Part shown: positions 10,716 to 19,819 of the stretch, piece by piece | Position numbering within the stretch: position 1 is the stretch's first letter | Layout of the letters: every line of letters starts with the position of its first letter | Assembly (NCBI GenBank): GCA_963788195.1 | Contig: CAWBGA010000017.1 | Location: forward strand, 384,001 to 448,000 | DNA: 64,000 nt | From: Nitrospirota bacterium | GTDB lineage: Bacteria; Nitrospirota; Nitrospiria; Nitrospirales; NS-4 | Direction: 5' to 3' | Position numbers and translations under genes: made by a program | Notes under the pieces: generated by a model | Database searches by the model: none | What the model was told of the DNA's origin: nothing | Seen by the model: only the letters and a program-made list of their open reading frames with translations

Positions 10716-10886
10716 AAGCGCACCTCCATTGCGTTTGAATTAACCTTATTTCACGCATCGAATCATTGCCACTAAAAGCAGTCAGTGTACTGGGTTCGAA
10801 TTAGAACGCACTCCGTCGGGCAAGACATACACGGAAATGCTCAAAACTCATTAATTTACCTAGAGTATTGTCTGTAGTGACGCAGT

Positions 10887-11357
10887 ATGGTACAACAGAG
10901 GATCATCAAGGTTAAAACCCGATCAAGGAAGGCCCCAGCCATGGGAGTGAAAACAGTGCGGTTGGTCTTGGCGGCTGCCATGGGAATGCTGATCGTCCTC
11001 ATTGCCAACAATTGGTACCGGTGGATGCCCCATAACAAGATCTTGCTCACCGCAGGCGCCTTATCTTTTGCTCTGGCCATCGGCCTAGGGGCGTACCGAA
11101 TGAAATTTCTAGAGGAAAAATTCGGCGTGCTGGAAATTCCTGCCATTTGGGAAGGCGAGTTGATTCAGGGGATCTCATGGGACGTGGTCGCCTATGCGAG
11201 CATATTTGCCGCCGTCGTCCTTGGGGGCGTGATCGCTTTTGCCTTCACCCCCATACTGCCCTTATCGTTGATTCCGCTCACATACATCCTTTGCATCGGA
11301 TGCATGGTTCTACTTCGATGGATGATGTCGACCCTCATGCTCCGGTTCATTACGTAA
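10887..11357 (+). CDS. Hypothetical integral membrane protein (about 4 TM)
   Basis: 156-aa ORF with four hydrophobic segments. Confidence 0.55.
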   Translation: MVQQRIIKVKTRSRKAPAMGVKTVRLVLAAAMGMLIVLIANNWYRWMPHNKILLTAGALSFALAIGLGAYRMKFLEEKFGVLEIPAIWEGELIQGISWDVVAYASIFAAVVLGGVIAFAFTPILPLSLIPLTYILCIGCMVLLRWMMSTLMLRFIT

Positions 11358-11423
11358 CTAACCCGCGAGTCGAGCGAAACCGCTTTCCGGGCTGTCTACG
11401 ATGCCCGGAAAGCAGACCGTTAC

Positions 11424-11648
11424 TCAAACCTTGCCGGCACCCCGTTTAACTTCATACTCTGTGAACCATTTGTCGGCCCACTTATTGACTTCTTCTTTAC
11501 TATCTCCATACCGCTGTTGGATTGTGCCCGTGAATTTGTCGTAGTCCCCCTCGATCTGCATAAGATCATCATCAGTGAGCTTGCCCCACTGCTTTTTTAA
11601 CTCGCCTTTAAACTGCGTCCAGGCGCCTTTAAATTGATCTCGATTCAT
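11424..11648 (-). CDS. CsbD/YjbJ-family general stress protein
   Basis: MNRDQFKGAWTQFKGELKKQWGKLTDDDL..G..QQRYG..KEE; SD AAGGAGG. Confidence 0.92.
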   Translation of the reverse strand: MNRDQFKGAWTQFKGELKKQWGKLTDDDLMQIEGDYDKFTGTIQQRYGDSKEEVNKWADKWFTEYEVKRGAGKV

Positions 11649-11776
11649 CTGCAACCCTCCTTTGTAGAAAATCGTCGTCATAGGCAGACAACTACCGTAC
11701 CAAAGCAGCAAGAGAGGGCACTAGACAAAACAAAAGCCGGCCATGGGAAAATGTCGGGACTAAAAGGGAGGAAGAT

Positions 11777-11995
11777 ATGAAATTTTTTGTTACAGGTATA
11801 ATCCTTGGAAGTCTTTTCACCGCGGGCGTTACACTGGGATTCGATAGCAAACTGTGGCGGTTTGGCTCAGAGGCACGTCCCGAAGAAAAGCTGGATCAGA
11901 TCCAGCATCAGCATCGCGCAATACTGGAACAGCAGGATCGTTTGGAGCGACTCTTACAACAAAATTGCCTGGCCAGACACGCGCCACCTACCTGA
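11777..11995 (+). CDS. Small hypothetical secreted/membrane-anchored protein
   Basis: SD GGGAGG, hydrophobic N-terminus, short Gln-rich coiled coil. Confidence 0.6.
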   Translation: MKFFVTGIILGSLFTAGVTLGFDSKLWRFGSEARPEEKLDQIQHQHRAILEQQDRLERLLQQNCLARHAPPT

Positions 11996-12004
11996 CCAAA
12001 CCAG

Positions 12005-12350
12005 GTTGGGCGGTGCTAGGGGCAAAGGGATGCGTCTTGGCGCATCCCAGGGCTGGGGCGGGTGCAATGGGCAAAGGGATGCGTCTTGGCGCGCATCCCA
12101 GGCCACGGGAGAAAAGAACTCGTCTGGCGAGCTCAGGGTGGGCTGGGTGTATGTAATGGGGGGTGCCAGGGGAAAAGGAAATCTGTCCGGTGGGCACCCG
12201 TTGCCTTCACTTGCAAGGGGTCGAAATGATCCAGGACAAGGGAAAAGGACGCGTCTAGGCGCGTCGGGGGCTGGGTGGGTGAAGTGGCGGGTGGATTGGC
12301 GAGCTCGGGGCCACGGAACAGATTCGTCCCGACGTGTCAGGGGAAAGGGA
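12005..12350 (-). repeat. Hairpin mini-element cluster B (same family, reverse orientation, partly degenerate)
   Basis: On the + strand: GGGATGC-GTCTTGGC-GCATCCC 12027-12048; a similar copy 12076-12099; GAACTC-GTCTGGC-GAGCTC 12116-12134; GACGC-GTCTAGGC-GCGTC 12248-12265. Most are followed by GGG(C/T)GGG..GGGTG, the reverse complement of the leader. Confidence 0.8.
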
Positions 12351-12392
12351 ATGTCGTGCTTGGTACGAAAGGGCTCGTACCCGCCAGAAACC

Positions 12393-12535
12393 TTACTTAC
12401 ACGTACAGCCTATATTCTCGGCACAGCCTCTGCAGCAATACTTCTTCCCGTCTTTAGGGTTGGTAAACCCATTTCCTGCGAATGCCTTCCAGTCTTTTTG
12501 GGCATGTTGCATTTGGGGCAGGTCTCGTCGGCCAT
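12393..12535 (-). CDS. Metallothionein-like Cys-rich microprotein, 47 aa after restoring one A in a homopolymer run (not in ORF track)
   Basis: SD AAAGGAGG and ATG 12535. Translation MADETCPKCNMPK(K)DWKAFAGNGFTNPKDGKKYCCRGCAENIGCTCK*. The span is 143 nt, one base short of 144. Confidence 0.7.
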
Positions 12536-12738
12536 GGGAAATCCTCCTTTTAACTACTAACATTCTAACATCGCAAGTCCAGCCTGTATGAGAAAGTTGG
12601 ACTCTCTGAAGTAGGGCACTTCAAACGGCTTCCACACGCGGATATTCTCGTTTAAAATGATCGTCCAGTTCATTCGTTTTAAAGGACGCTGTGCCAACAC
12701 CGATCCACTAATCTTTTGATGGCCCTAAGCTTGGCTGG

Positions 12739-13700
12739 ATGGTTCGTCGGCTGCGCCGGAAGTCCTCCGCACCTTCCTTCACCGACCCCAGTCAGAACTT
12801 CGCTCGTTTTGCCATCAAGCTCGACCGGCTCAATGACGTTGCCTTACCTTTATTAATCGAGGCTGCGGACCTCTGTAAAACCCATGTGCATGCCTCCTAC
12901 GGCTTCGAATTGCATGATAAAAGCCAGTATAAAAAGTTGTTCAAGGGGAGTATCTGGATGCGGCCATCCAACATTACGGACTACAACAGGGCGTCGCAGT
13001 TCGATACGTTCACCCAAAGCTTCCAGCCGGAGCCGGGGGCCTACACACCCAAGAGATGGTCATCAGCATGGAGGGCGAACCACTAGTCGATAAGACCGCG
13101 CAAGACGCGGATGAAATCCTGCATCGCCTGGAGCGCCGCAAGGAAGGGCCTCTTCATCTGGTCGTCAAAGGCGCGGAGGGCGTGCGGGAGTTAGACCTTT
13201 ACTCGCTGCCGTCCTGCAATTATCCCGTCGTGCTGGTGGAAAGTGGCGTGGTGAATGCATTCGCCGACGGCGTCAAGATCATCGTCACCACCGGCATGCT
13301 CGATTTTTGTGCGAATGAGACTGAACTCGCCCTCGTCATTGGCCATGAAATTGCTCATAATGCCCTCGGCCATGCGGACAACGTGCGCCTTCGCAGAGTG
13401 TTAGACGCGTTGTACACTGCACAAACCGGTTATCGCGCCGAACTCGCGGCAACTGCCACACAGCTCTCGTTCTCCAAGGATTTTGAAACTGCGGCAGATT
13501 ACGTCGGATTGTACATTGCCGCCCGCGCCGGCCATGATATACGTTGTCTGGGGGCGTTCTGGATGCGCCTGGCGCGCCAGCGCCCGTCCATGAATACCCC
13601 TGCATTCGCCATTACTCATCCTGGTTTTCCCGAACGGTTCACGTCATTTCAGACGACGCTGCAGGAAATCGAAGAGAAAAAACGGCGTGGGGACCCCTAG
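12739..13700 (+). CDS. M48-family zinc metallopeptidase with preceding PDZ-like segment; frameshifted, 5' end uncertain
   Basis: VNAFADG, ELALVIGHEIAH (HExxH), FETAADYVG and ITHP in ORF 13056..13700. The upstream part lies in other frames. Confidence 0.8.
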
Positions 13701-13739
13701 TCCGGTGATACCTTCGGCGCTGCTCAAAAGAACCGAAGT

Positions 13740-13970
13740 TCAACCGTAGATCCGCACCCATTCGTGCCCTTGTTTGCGGTATTTGTCCCTGACCGCCTCC
13801 CATGCCTTTCGATGTGCGATTTCTTCCAGTGAGATTCCCGTCCGGTGATCTTTTGCCCGGACGGACGTGTTCCAAGCCTGATTGTAGGCGGTCAGGTATA
13901 CCTCCATGGCGCCAGTTGGCAAATTCTTTTTCATCGCACTCGGCAACTCTTCAATGTGGTTGTATGGCAT
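13740..13970 (-). CDS. chaB: ChaB-family protein
   Basis: MPYNHIEELP..KNLPTGA..Y..AYNQAW..EEIAHRKAWEAVRDKYRK; SD AAGGAG. Confidence 0.9.
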   Translation of the reverse strand: MPYNHIEELPSAMKKNLPTGAMEVYLTAYNQAWNTSVRAKDHRTGISLEEIAHRKAWEAVRDKYRKQGHEWVRIYG

Positions 13971-14213
13971 ACTCGCTCCTTTCAGTTGCGGATTTCGCCC
14001 ACAATTCAGGGAGCACAAATACCAAAACAACCCGGATCCGACAAGGTACAAAAATCGCGATGTACTTGGAAACTGTCGATGGTTAGATATTTTGAAGTTC
14101 GCCGTCGGCATTTGTCTAATGTCTATGCGTGACGCTTGTTAGGTTTACGTTAGGAAAAATACATAACAGCGCGGGTAAATTCGATAAGAGGATGATAATA
14201 AAAGGAGGCTTCA

Positions 14214-14986
14214 ATGAAAATCGCACTTGGGCTGGCGGCATTCGCCCTCGTATTAACGTCAGGCGCGCAGGCGCGTGCGGCAGACATCATTATCGACCGG
14301 GATCGACAAGTCGAGCAGCAGCGGTCAACGTTATTGCCGGGTGCAACAGCTCCCGGTGGAATACCATTGAGGGTGATGTGGTTCGTGTCGACGCAGACTC
14401 TTACATTATCCGGGACTCAAGTGGACGCGATCTGCGTGTTTATTTTGACCGGAGCACAGTTCGGGACAATATTGCCGTCGGTGACCGTGTGATTGCCCGT
14501 TTCGATCGGCCGTCGGCACCGTATGCGTCCAATATTACGCGCCGTCCTGGCGACTTGACTCCAGCGCCAGCCGCAGCCTTTCCGCGGCCGCAAACCATTG
14601 AAGGGGAGGTTTTACGAATCAACACTGACAGCTATGTCATTCGCGATCTCTCCGGCCGGGAGATCCGTCTGCATATCGACGGCACGACGAAATTGGACGG
14701 CAATCTGACTCCAGGCGACAAGATCGTCGCTCGCGTGGTCGCCCCCCCGTCCACCTTACCGTACGCTGAAACGCTCTATAAGCTCAATAGCGCACAGATT
14801 CTAGAAGGCCAAGTCGTCGCCATCGAAGGCAATAACTATGTCGTCCGCGACAGGAACGGCGTCGAGCACCGGGTCTATACTGACAGCGGGACAGCTGGAG
14901 GGACTAACGTCGTCATCGGTGACCGCGTCGTGATCGTCCGAGGCACCGCGCCGACGGCCCACGCAGATTCAATCACGAAAAGGTAG
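14214..14986 (+). CDS. Secreted protein with three OB-fold-like repeats (paralog of 10187..10715); frameshift near ~14360
   Basis: SD AAGGAGG and signal peptide MKIALGLAAFALVL. Repeat TIEG(D/E)V.R...YIIRD.SGR..R...D three times. Ends HADSITKR, versus YADSITKR in the paralog. Confidence 0.75.
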
Positions 14987-15021
14987 GCGGCATCGTCTTT
15001 ACAGACTTCACAACCTTTTCT

Positions 15022-15062
15022 GAAAGAGCGGGTGGCCCAACGGCCTCCCGCTCTTTCTTTTT
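15022..15062 (+). terminator. Rho-independent terminator
   Basis: GAAAGAGCGGG-TGGCC-caac-GGCCT-CCCGCTCTTTC followed by a T run. Confidence 0.8.
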
Positions 15063-15070
15063 AAACGGCT

Positions 15071-15727
15071 TTGCTCCTCCCCTTTGAGAGCCGCCAGGCA
15101 GTGGGCCTTTGCGCGCTGTTTTCATCCATGCCGATGGCATGCGCGTTCACGGACCAGACGGTGAAGCTCCCGACCATACAGTTTCTGATCGGACGATCGC
15201 CCCATCCCTGTAGGGCAACTGTGGTCGTGCCGCTTATCGTAGATCTGCGGGAAGCAACGGATCACATCGGAGTCAAAAAAAACCTCTTCGGCATGGACAC
15301 GAAGGTCTTTCCGGATCGTAATGTCGCTGTATGGTTGCGCGAGCGATTGAAGACTGAATTGCGGGCGGCCGGAGTCAATACCATTCGAAAACGCGGCAAT
15401 GAGTCGGCAGCGGTGGTTCAGCTTTTCTTAATGAGGTTGTTTTCAGAGCCCGTGTTTCGCTGGGGGGACGATGATGATTATGAAACCACCCTTGCGGTGC
15501 GCCTCAAAGTAACTTCTGGAGCGGGTGAAATCACCGACCGAGAGTACGCCGTGACCGGAGTGGCCAGAGGACAGCGTCCGAAGGAGAAGAACTATACACC
15601 CTCGATGGAACATGCCACCGCCGAATTGATGAAGCGACTGGTGCCGGAGATCATTTCGAACACTTTGGAGGCTGCGGCGGCCGGCGCCGTAATGTGCGCG
15701 ACTGCCCCTGAAGAGAGAACACGTTAG
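15071..15727 (+). CDS. YajG-like putative lipoprotein
   Basis: ACAFTDQTVKLP..VDLR..IGVKKN.FGMDT pattern. Confidence 0.5.
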   Translation: MLLPFESRQAVGLCALFSSMPMACAFTDQTVKLPTIQFLIGRSPHPCRATVVVPLIVDLREATDHIGVKKNLFGMDTKVFPDRNVAVWLRERLKTELRAAGVNTIRKRGNESAAVVQLFLMRLFSEPVFRWGDDDDYETTLAVRLKVTSGAGEITDREYAVTGVARGQRPKEKNYTPSMEHATAELMKRLVPEIISNTLEAAAAGAVMCATAPEERTR

Positions 15728-16607
15728 TGGGGCGGTTCTTCGCCCGGACTCTGAATCCTCGCAGTCATCTCTGTCAGCGAGGAAAAGAGCCCGTTCAGCT
15801 CCGAGCCTTTTTTTAGCAGACCCTCGGCCGTGGAACGTAATTCATTCTCAAGACGGTCCCGCTCCTTGGCCAGATCCGAGAGCTTGCCGAGCATAAGCTG
15901 GGAATTCGTCAGCCCGTCTTGCAGGTCTTCGCAGGTGGCCTGCCCTCGCTTGGTCGCGGCCGGCAAAACCTCCAATTTCTTCAGAAGCTGCTCCAACTGT
16001 GCTTCGCGCGCAAGAAGTTCCGCTTCAGCGCTCAAGCGTTTCTCTTCACTCATCCGCCAACGGGCGTGGAGATTTTGAATGCCGCGGATCCAAGTCATGG
16101 CATCGCCAGGCGCGAGCAGCGGAGGATCGGGCGGGGCTTGCCCTCGATCGAGCGCTTCGATTGCATGCTGAAGCCAATCAATAAAAATTGTTACGTGATG
16201 CAGATTGACGCTCAGCGGAGACGGAGACGAAGGGGATAACGTCTCTGACTTCACTGGCTCAGCTGAGACTGAGTCGCGTGAGGAGTCGCCCATTCGCGGC
16301 CTTCGGCTGGGTGCCGATGGCCGAGAAGGACGGCCACACAGTGCCTACAAAATGGTTGTTCATTGGATGTGCAGGTGCATTTGGTAAGCAAGCTTCCGCC
16401 CTTGAGCTGGATCGTCTGCTCATATAAGCCGAAAGGACCGGTGACTTCCGACAGGATCTGATCTTCGTCCGCCTCAAGGATCTGAACGCAATTCGCGGAC
16501 TGGTATTCCTTTCCGAGTTGAAAGACCTGAGCGCCAACGACGGACTGAATCATTTCAGGTTGGATTTGGCTTAGTTTCTGGGCAGTACACGGAAGTTTAT
16601 TGCGCAT
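15724..16607 (-). CDS. SWIM zinc-finger protein with C-terminal coiled coil (probably one gene split by a frameshift near ~16290)
   Basis: ORF 16251..16607 has CTC..FCRHC (SWIM CxC..CxH) and overlaps coiled-coil ORF 15724..16293. Confidence 0.6.
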
Positions 16608-16905
16608 GTTGAAATTCCTCTGGAATAAGCGAATTGGGTGTGAAAGATCGTATCCATACGTGACGCCACGTGCATCCCCTACAAAAGAATAGGCCGACGA
16701 CTCAAGGTGGTATGTTTAAGGTATCTACCCCATACCGGAATCATTCGTACGTCCTGTCTCTACGATCTGACGACTGGTGGATTATCCGCAGCCCTGGTTG
16801 CTTATCACCAGCCCACACGGCGTGTATCGAATTCATAGAGCCAGCTTGGACGCGTTACACAAGACAAGTCCTCGTCCTTCATAGTGACTTCTTTTCTGAT
16901 TCGTC

Positions 16906-16922
16906 TTGGCAAAGTTTATGCA
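16906..16922 (+). promoter_or_regulatory. Putative sigma54 -24/-12 promoter
   Basis: TTGGCAAAGTTTATGCA (GG-N10-GC) ends about 65 nt upstream of the small ORF at 16988. Confidence 0.5.
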
Positions 16923-16987
16923 CTATCTCACATCAAGGGCGTGGCGAAATCCGTAATGAACAGCGGTAAAAATGAGGGAGGACTAGT

Positions 16988-17164
16988 ATGTTAGGAGCGG
17001 CAGAATTCACGATGTTCGGGAATATCCTCATGGGGATCATGGCGATAGCAGGAGTGTGCTCGTTGCTCTACGCGTTTGGAGCTTCGTTGAGTAACCCCTC
17101 CTCGGCAGTGGAGCTGATCCGACTCGAAGAAGAGACTCCGCGCGAGGGCAGAAAGGCGGCATAG
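16988..17164 (+). CDS. 58-aa single-TM microprotein (not in ORF track)
   Basis: SD GGGAGG. Translation MLGAAEFTMFGNILMGIMAIAGVCSLLYAFGASLSNPSSAVELIRLEEETPREGRKAA*. A GC-rich hairpin follows at 17177-17206. Confidence 0.65.
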   Translation: MLGAAEFTMFGNILMGIMAIAGVCSLLYAFGASLSNPSSAVELIRLEEETPREGRKAA

Positions 17165-17333
17165 CAAAAACAGTATCCGCGCCGTCACGTTCTGAAGGCG
17201 GCGCGGGGCCCTTTCGGACACGTAGTTCCTTCGTCGCTATGCTCGGCGACTGCGCAAATGCCCATGCTCTCCAGGACTGTGGTATAATCGCCCGCCGATT
17301 CTAAAGAATCCTGCATGAGAAAGTCTCCCGGGC

Positions 17334-18008
17334 ATGCTGAAGGCGATCCTCTTCGACTTTGACGGCGTACTGGCTGACACCGAACCCCTTCACTTTCGTA
17401 CCTTTCAGGAGGTGCTCGCCGAAGAAGGACTTCATCTCAACGAGCAGGATTATTATGCAAAGTATGTCGGCTTTGACGATAAAGGGTGCTTTCAGGCCGT
17501 CTACTCAGACAACGGCCGGCCCTTCACGGCAGAGACAATCGAGCGCCTGGTCGATCGAAAAGCAGGAATGCTGTTAACTCAGTTGAAGACGAATCACATT
17601 GTGTATCCCGGCATTCCCCAGTTTGTAACCACGATCGCGCCCAGATATCGTCTCGCAGTGGTTTCCGGCGCTCTGCGGCATGAAATCGAATACAGTTTGG
17701 GCGTCGCGGGCATCAGGGACCTGTTCGAGCAAATTACGGCGGCACAGGACGTCCGGCATGGCAAGCCGGATCCCGAAGGCTATCTGCATGCGCTCTATCA
17801 ACTCAACCGAGTGACACCCCTAACGGCGCCGGAATGCCTCGTCATTGAGGATACCGTACAAGGCGTTCATGCAGCGCATGCCGCCGGCATGCGCTGCTTA
17901 GCCATTTCAAATACGCTTTCACCGAACGAATTGGCGCAGGCGGAGGCGGTGACTTCAACGCTGAAGGGTGACGATATCGCCTCCCTCGAGCGACGCTTTT
18001 GGAATTGA
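17334..18008 (+). CDS. HAD-superfamily phosphatase (beta-PGM/CbbY-like)
   Basis: FDFDGVLADTE, VVSG, GKPDPEGY, VIEDT..G..AAHAAGM. Confidence 0.92.
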   Translation: MLKAILFDFDGVLADTEPLHFRTFQEVLAEEGLHLNEQDYYAKYVGFDDKGCFQAVYSDNGRPFTAETIERLVDRKAGMLLTQLKTNHIVYPGIPQFVTTIAPRYRLAVVSGALRHEIEYSLGVAGIRDLFEQITAAQDVRHGKPDPEGYLHALYQLNRVTPLTAPECLVIEDTVQGVHAAHAAGMRCLAISNTLSPNELAQAEAVTSTLKGDDIASLERRFWN

Positions 18009-18118
18009 GAAAGCTGATGAGCATCCGCCCGGCTGGTCCATGGCCACCACTCCTTGGTCAGCTGTTCCAACCGTGATTGCGCCATTATGCTGATTTTGAG
18101 AGGCTTCCAACCTTCAGC

Positions 18119-18997
18119 ATGACGGCGCACAAGGCACAGCAGTACTGTACTGCCCTGACGAAGCGAAGCGGCAGTAACTTCTACTATTCATTCCTCTTTC
18201 TGCCTAAGATACGTCGGGAAGCCATGTATGCGGTCTATGCGTTCTGCCGGGAAGTTGACAGTGTGGTGGACGAACCGTCTCCGGGATCGGATCCCCGTGA
18301 AGCTCTTGCTCGTCGCCGTGCCGAGTTGGCAGCAATGTACCAGACAGGGGAGTCACGAGCGGACGGCACCTTTTCTCCTGTTATGGCCTGTCTGGCCGCC
18401 CATGTCCGGCGATTCGATATTCCCCAAAGTTACTTCGAAGATGTCATTGCCGGAGTAGAAATGGATCTCTCGGTCGATCGATACCGGACTTTCGATGAGC
18501 TTTCGACGTACTGTTACCGGGTGGCATCCTCAGTCGGTCTCATTTGTCTTAGGATCTTCGGGGCCCTGAAACCAGAGTCAGAGGCGTATGCGATCAACCT
18601 CGGACTCGCGTTTCAATTAACCAACATCCTCCGCGACGTGAAGTCCGACGGACATCGAGGCAGGATTTACCTTCCGCTGGAAGACCTGGCGCGGTTTCAG
18701 GTCACTGAGCAAGAAATTCTGAACCAGGTAGACAGCGTAAGATTCAGGGAACTCATGGCATTCGAATGCACGCGCGCGCGGGAGTTTTATCACCGTGCAG
18801 AAGCTGCCTTGGCTGCAACTGAGCGGCCGGTGCTCCTGCCCGCTGAAATCATGCGCGCGATTTATCAGGGCATCCTAGAGCGGATTGAGGCGCGTCAGTT
18901 TCAGGTGTTCGGGGAGCGCATCACCATTGCCCCATGGCATCGTCTTGCGATGGCGGTACAAGTATGGCTCGCAAACCGCACCCCGCGACACGACTAA
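18119..18997 (+). CDS. hpnD: Squalene/phytoene synthase family, HpnD-like presqualene diphosphate synthase
   Basis: SNFYYSFLFLP, YAFCREVDSVVDE, YCYRVASSVG, FQLTNILRDV..D..RGRIYLP. Confidence 0.8.
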   Translation: MTAHKAQQYCTALTKRSGSNFYYSFLFLPKIRREAMYAVYAFCREVDSVVDEPSPGSDPREALARRRAELAAMYQTGESRADGTFSPVMACLAAHVRRFDIPQSYFEDVIAGVEMDLSVDRYRTFDELSTYCYRVASSVGLICLRIFGALKPESEAYAINLGLAFQLTNILRDVKSDGHRGRIYLPLEDLARFQVTEQEILNQVDSVRFRELMAFECTRAREFYHRAEAALAATERPVLLPAEIMRAIYQGILERIEARQFQVFGERITIAPWHRLAMAVQVWLANRTPRHD

Positions 18998-19000
18998 TCA

Positions 19001-19039
19001 TAAAAAAAGGGCAGGCGCCTATTGCCAGACACCTGCCCC
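19001..19039 (-). terminator. Rho-independent terminator for the cytochrome c gene (convergent with hpnD)
   Basis: GGGCAGG..CCTGCCC stem preceded on the + strand by an A run, which is a U-tract on the - strand. Confidence 0.65.
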
Positions 19040-19065
19040 GCGGTGGTCATTTTCATGCGTCGTTA

Positions 19066-19506
19066 CTACTTGCCGTCGAAACTCCGCTCATAGAGAATCG
19101 TGTACCACGCTTCCTCTTCGGTGATCGCTGTGCCAATCAACGGGACCATACCTGTTCCTGCACTGCCGTTCTTAATGACCCAGAACATTTCTCCATCAGT
19201 GCGGGCCTTATGGAATTTGGGGTTTGTGAAATTCCGTGGCGACGGGTTTAGGATCTGTCCGGCCGGGCCGTCACCCTTGCCGCTGACGCCGTGACAATTA
19301 AAACAGGTGCCTTTGCCCTCGAAAATCGCCTTCCCTTTTGCAATATTTTCCGGGGTCTTGGCGATTGGGTTCTTCATGGCCTTGGCGGCGGCCCGTTGAT
19401 CACCGGGGACCCGCGGAACCGAGATATCCTTCTCTTCGGCGTACGCCGCGGCCCCAACGAAGGCACACAGAGAGAATGCTATCGCTCCTGATCTCAAATA
19501 GCCCAT
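19066..19506 (-). CDS. Periplasmic monoheme c-type cytochrome
   Basis: Signal peptide, CFNCHG..GKGDG, PSPRNFT, TDGEMFWVIKNG..GTGM; SD AAGGAGG. Confidence 0.92.
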   Translation of the reverse strand: MGYLRSGAIAFSLCAFVGAAAYAEEKDISVPRVPGDQRAAAKAMKNPIAKTPENIAKGKAIFEGKGTCFNCHGVSGKGDGPAGQILNPSPRNFTNPKFHKARTDGEMFWVIKNGSAGTGMVPLIGTAITEEEAWYTILYERSFDGK

Positions 19507-19599
19507 CACCGCCTCCTTTTTTGTTATAAAAAATATCCCGACGACCCTAAAGAAACGCGAACAACCTGCCGATACAGCTTTACGGCGAAAAAGCGGCAC

Positions 19600-19648
19600 A
19601 CTATATCGTGCGCCCTATGGAGTGTCAAGACTGCAGAGCTTATGCCAA
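19600..19648 (-). promoter_or_regulatory. Tandem sigma54-like and sigma70 promoters for the cytochrome c gene
   Basis: On the - strand, TTGGCATAAGCTCTGCA (19648-19632, GG-N10-GC) is directly followed by TTGACA-N17-TATAGT (19628-19600). Confidence 0.6.
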
Positions 19649-19819
19649 AGTATAAATAGCTGAGATTCTGAGGAAGTCTGCTACTCTAACACCAACAGAT
19701 ACGCTTCGCTGCCGGACCTCAGGTACCCCGGGCCGCATTCGGGGTGCGGGTATACTACTAGGCGACCTTGCTTTGACCGCGTTTATCCTTTAAAGTACTT
19801 ACCCAACACGGGAGGAACC

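Noticed and set aside
12418..12434. sigma54-like motif TCGGCACAGCCTCTGCA on the + strand
   Set aside because: It is the antisense of the CRGCAE codons of the metallothionein-like ORF, so probably coincidental.
11805..12560. 251-aa ORF and overlapping ORFs across repeat cluster B (likewise ORFs at 5937-6379 over cluster A)
   Set aside because: Open frames arise from the stop-poor GC-rich repeats and overlap better-supported small genes.
10051..17300. tRNA-anchored integrative element or prophage
   Set aside because: No integrase, no phage genes, and no duplicated tRNA 3' end (att site) were found in the window.
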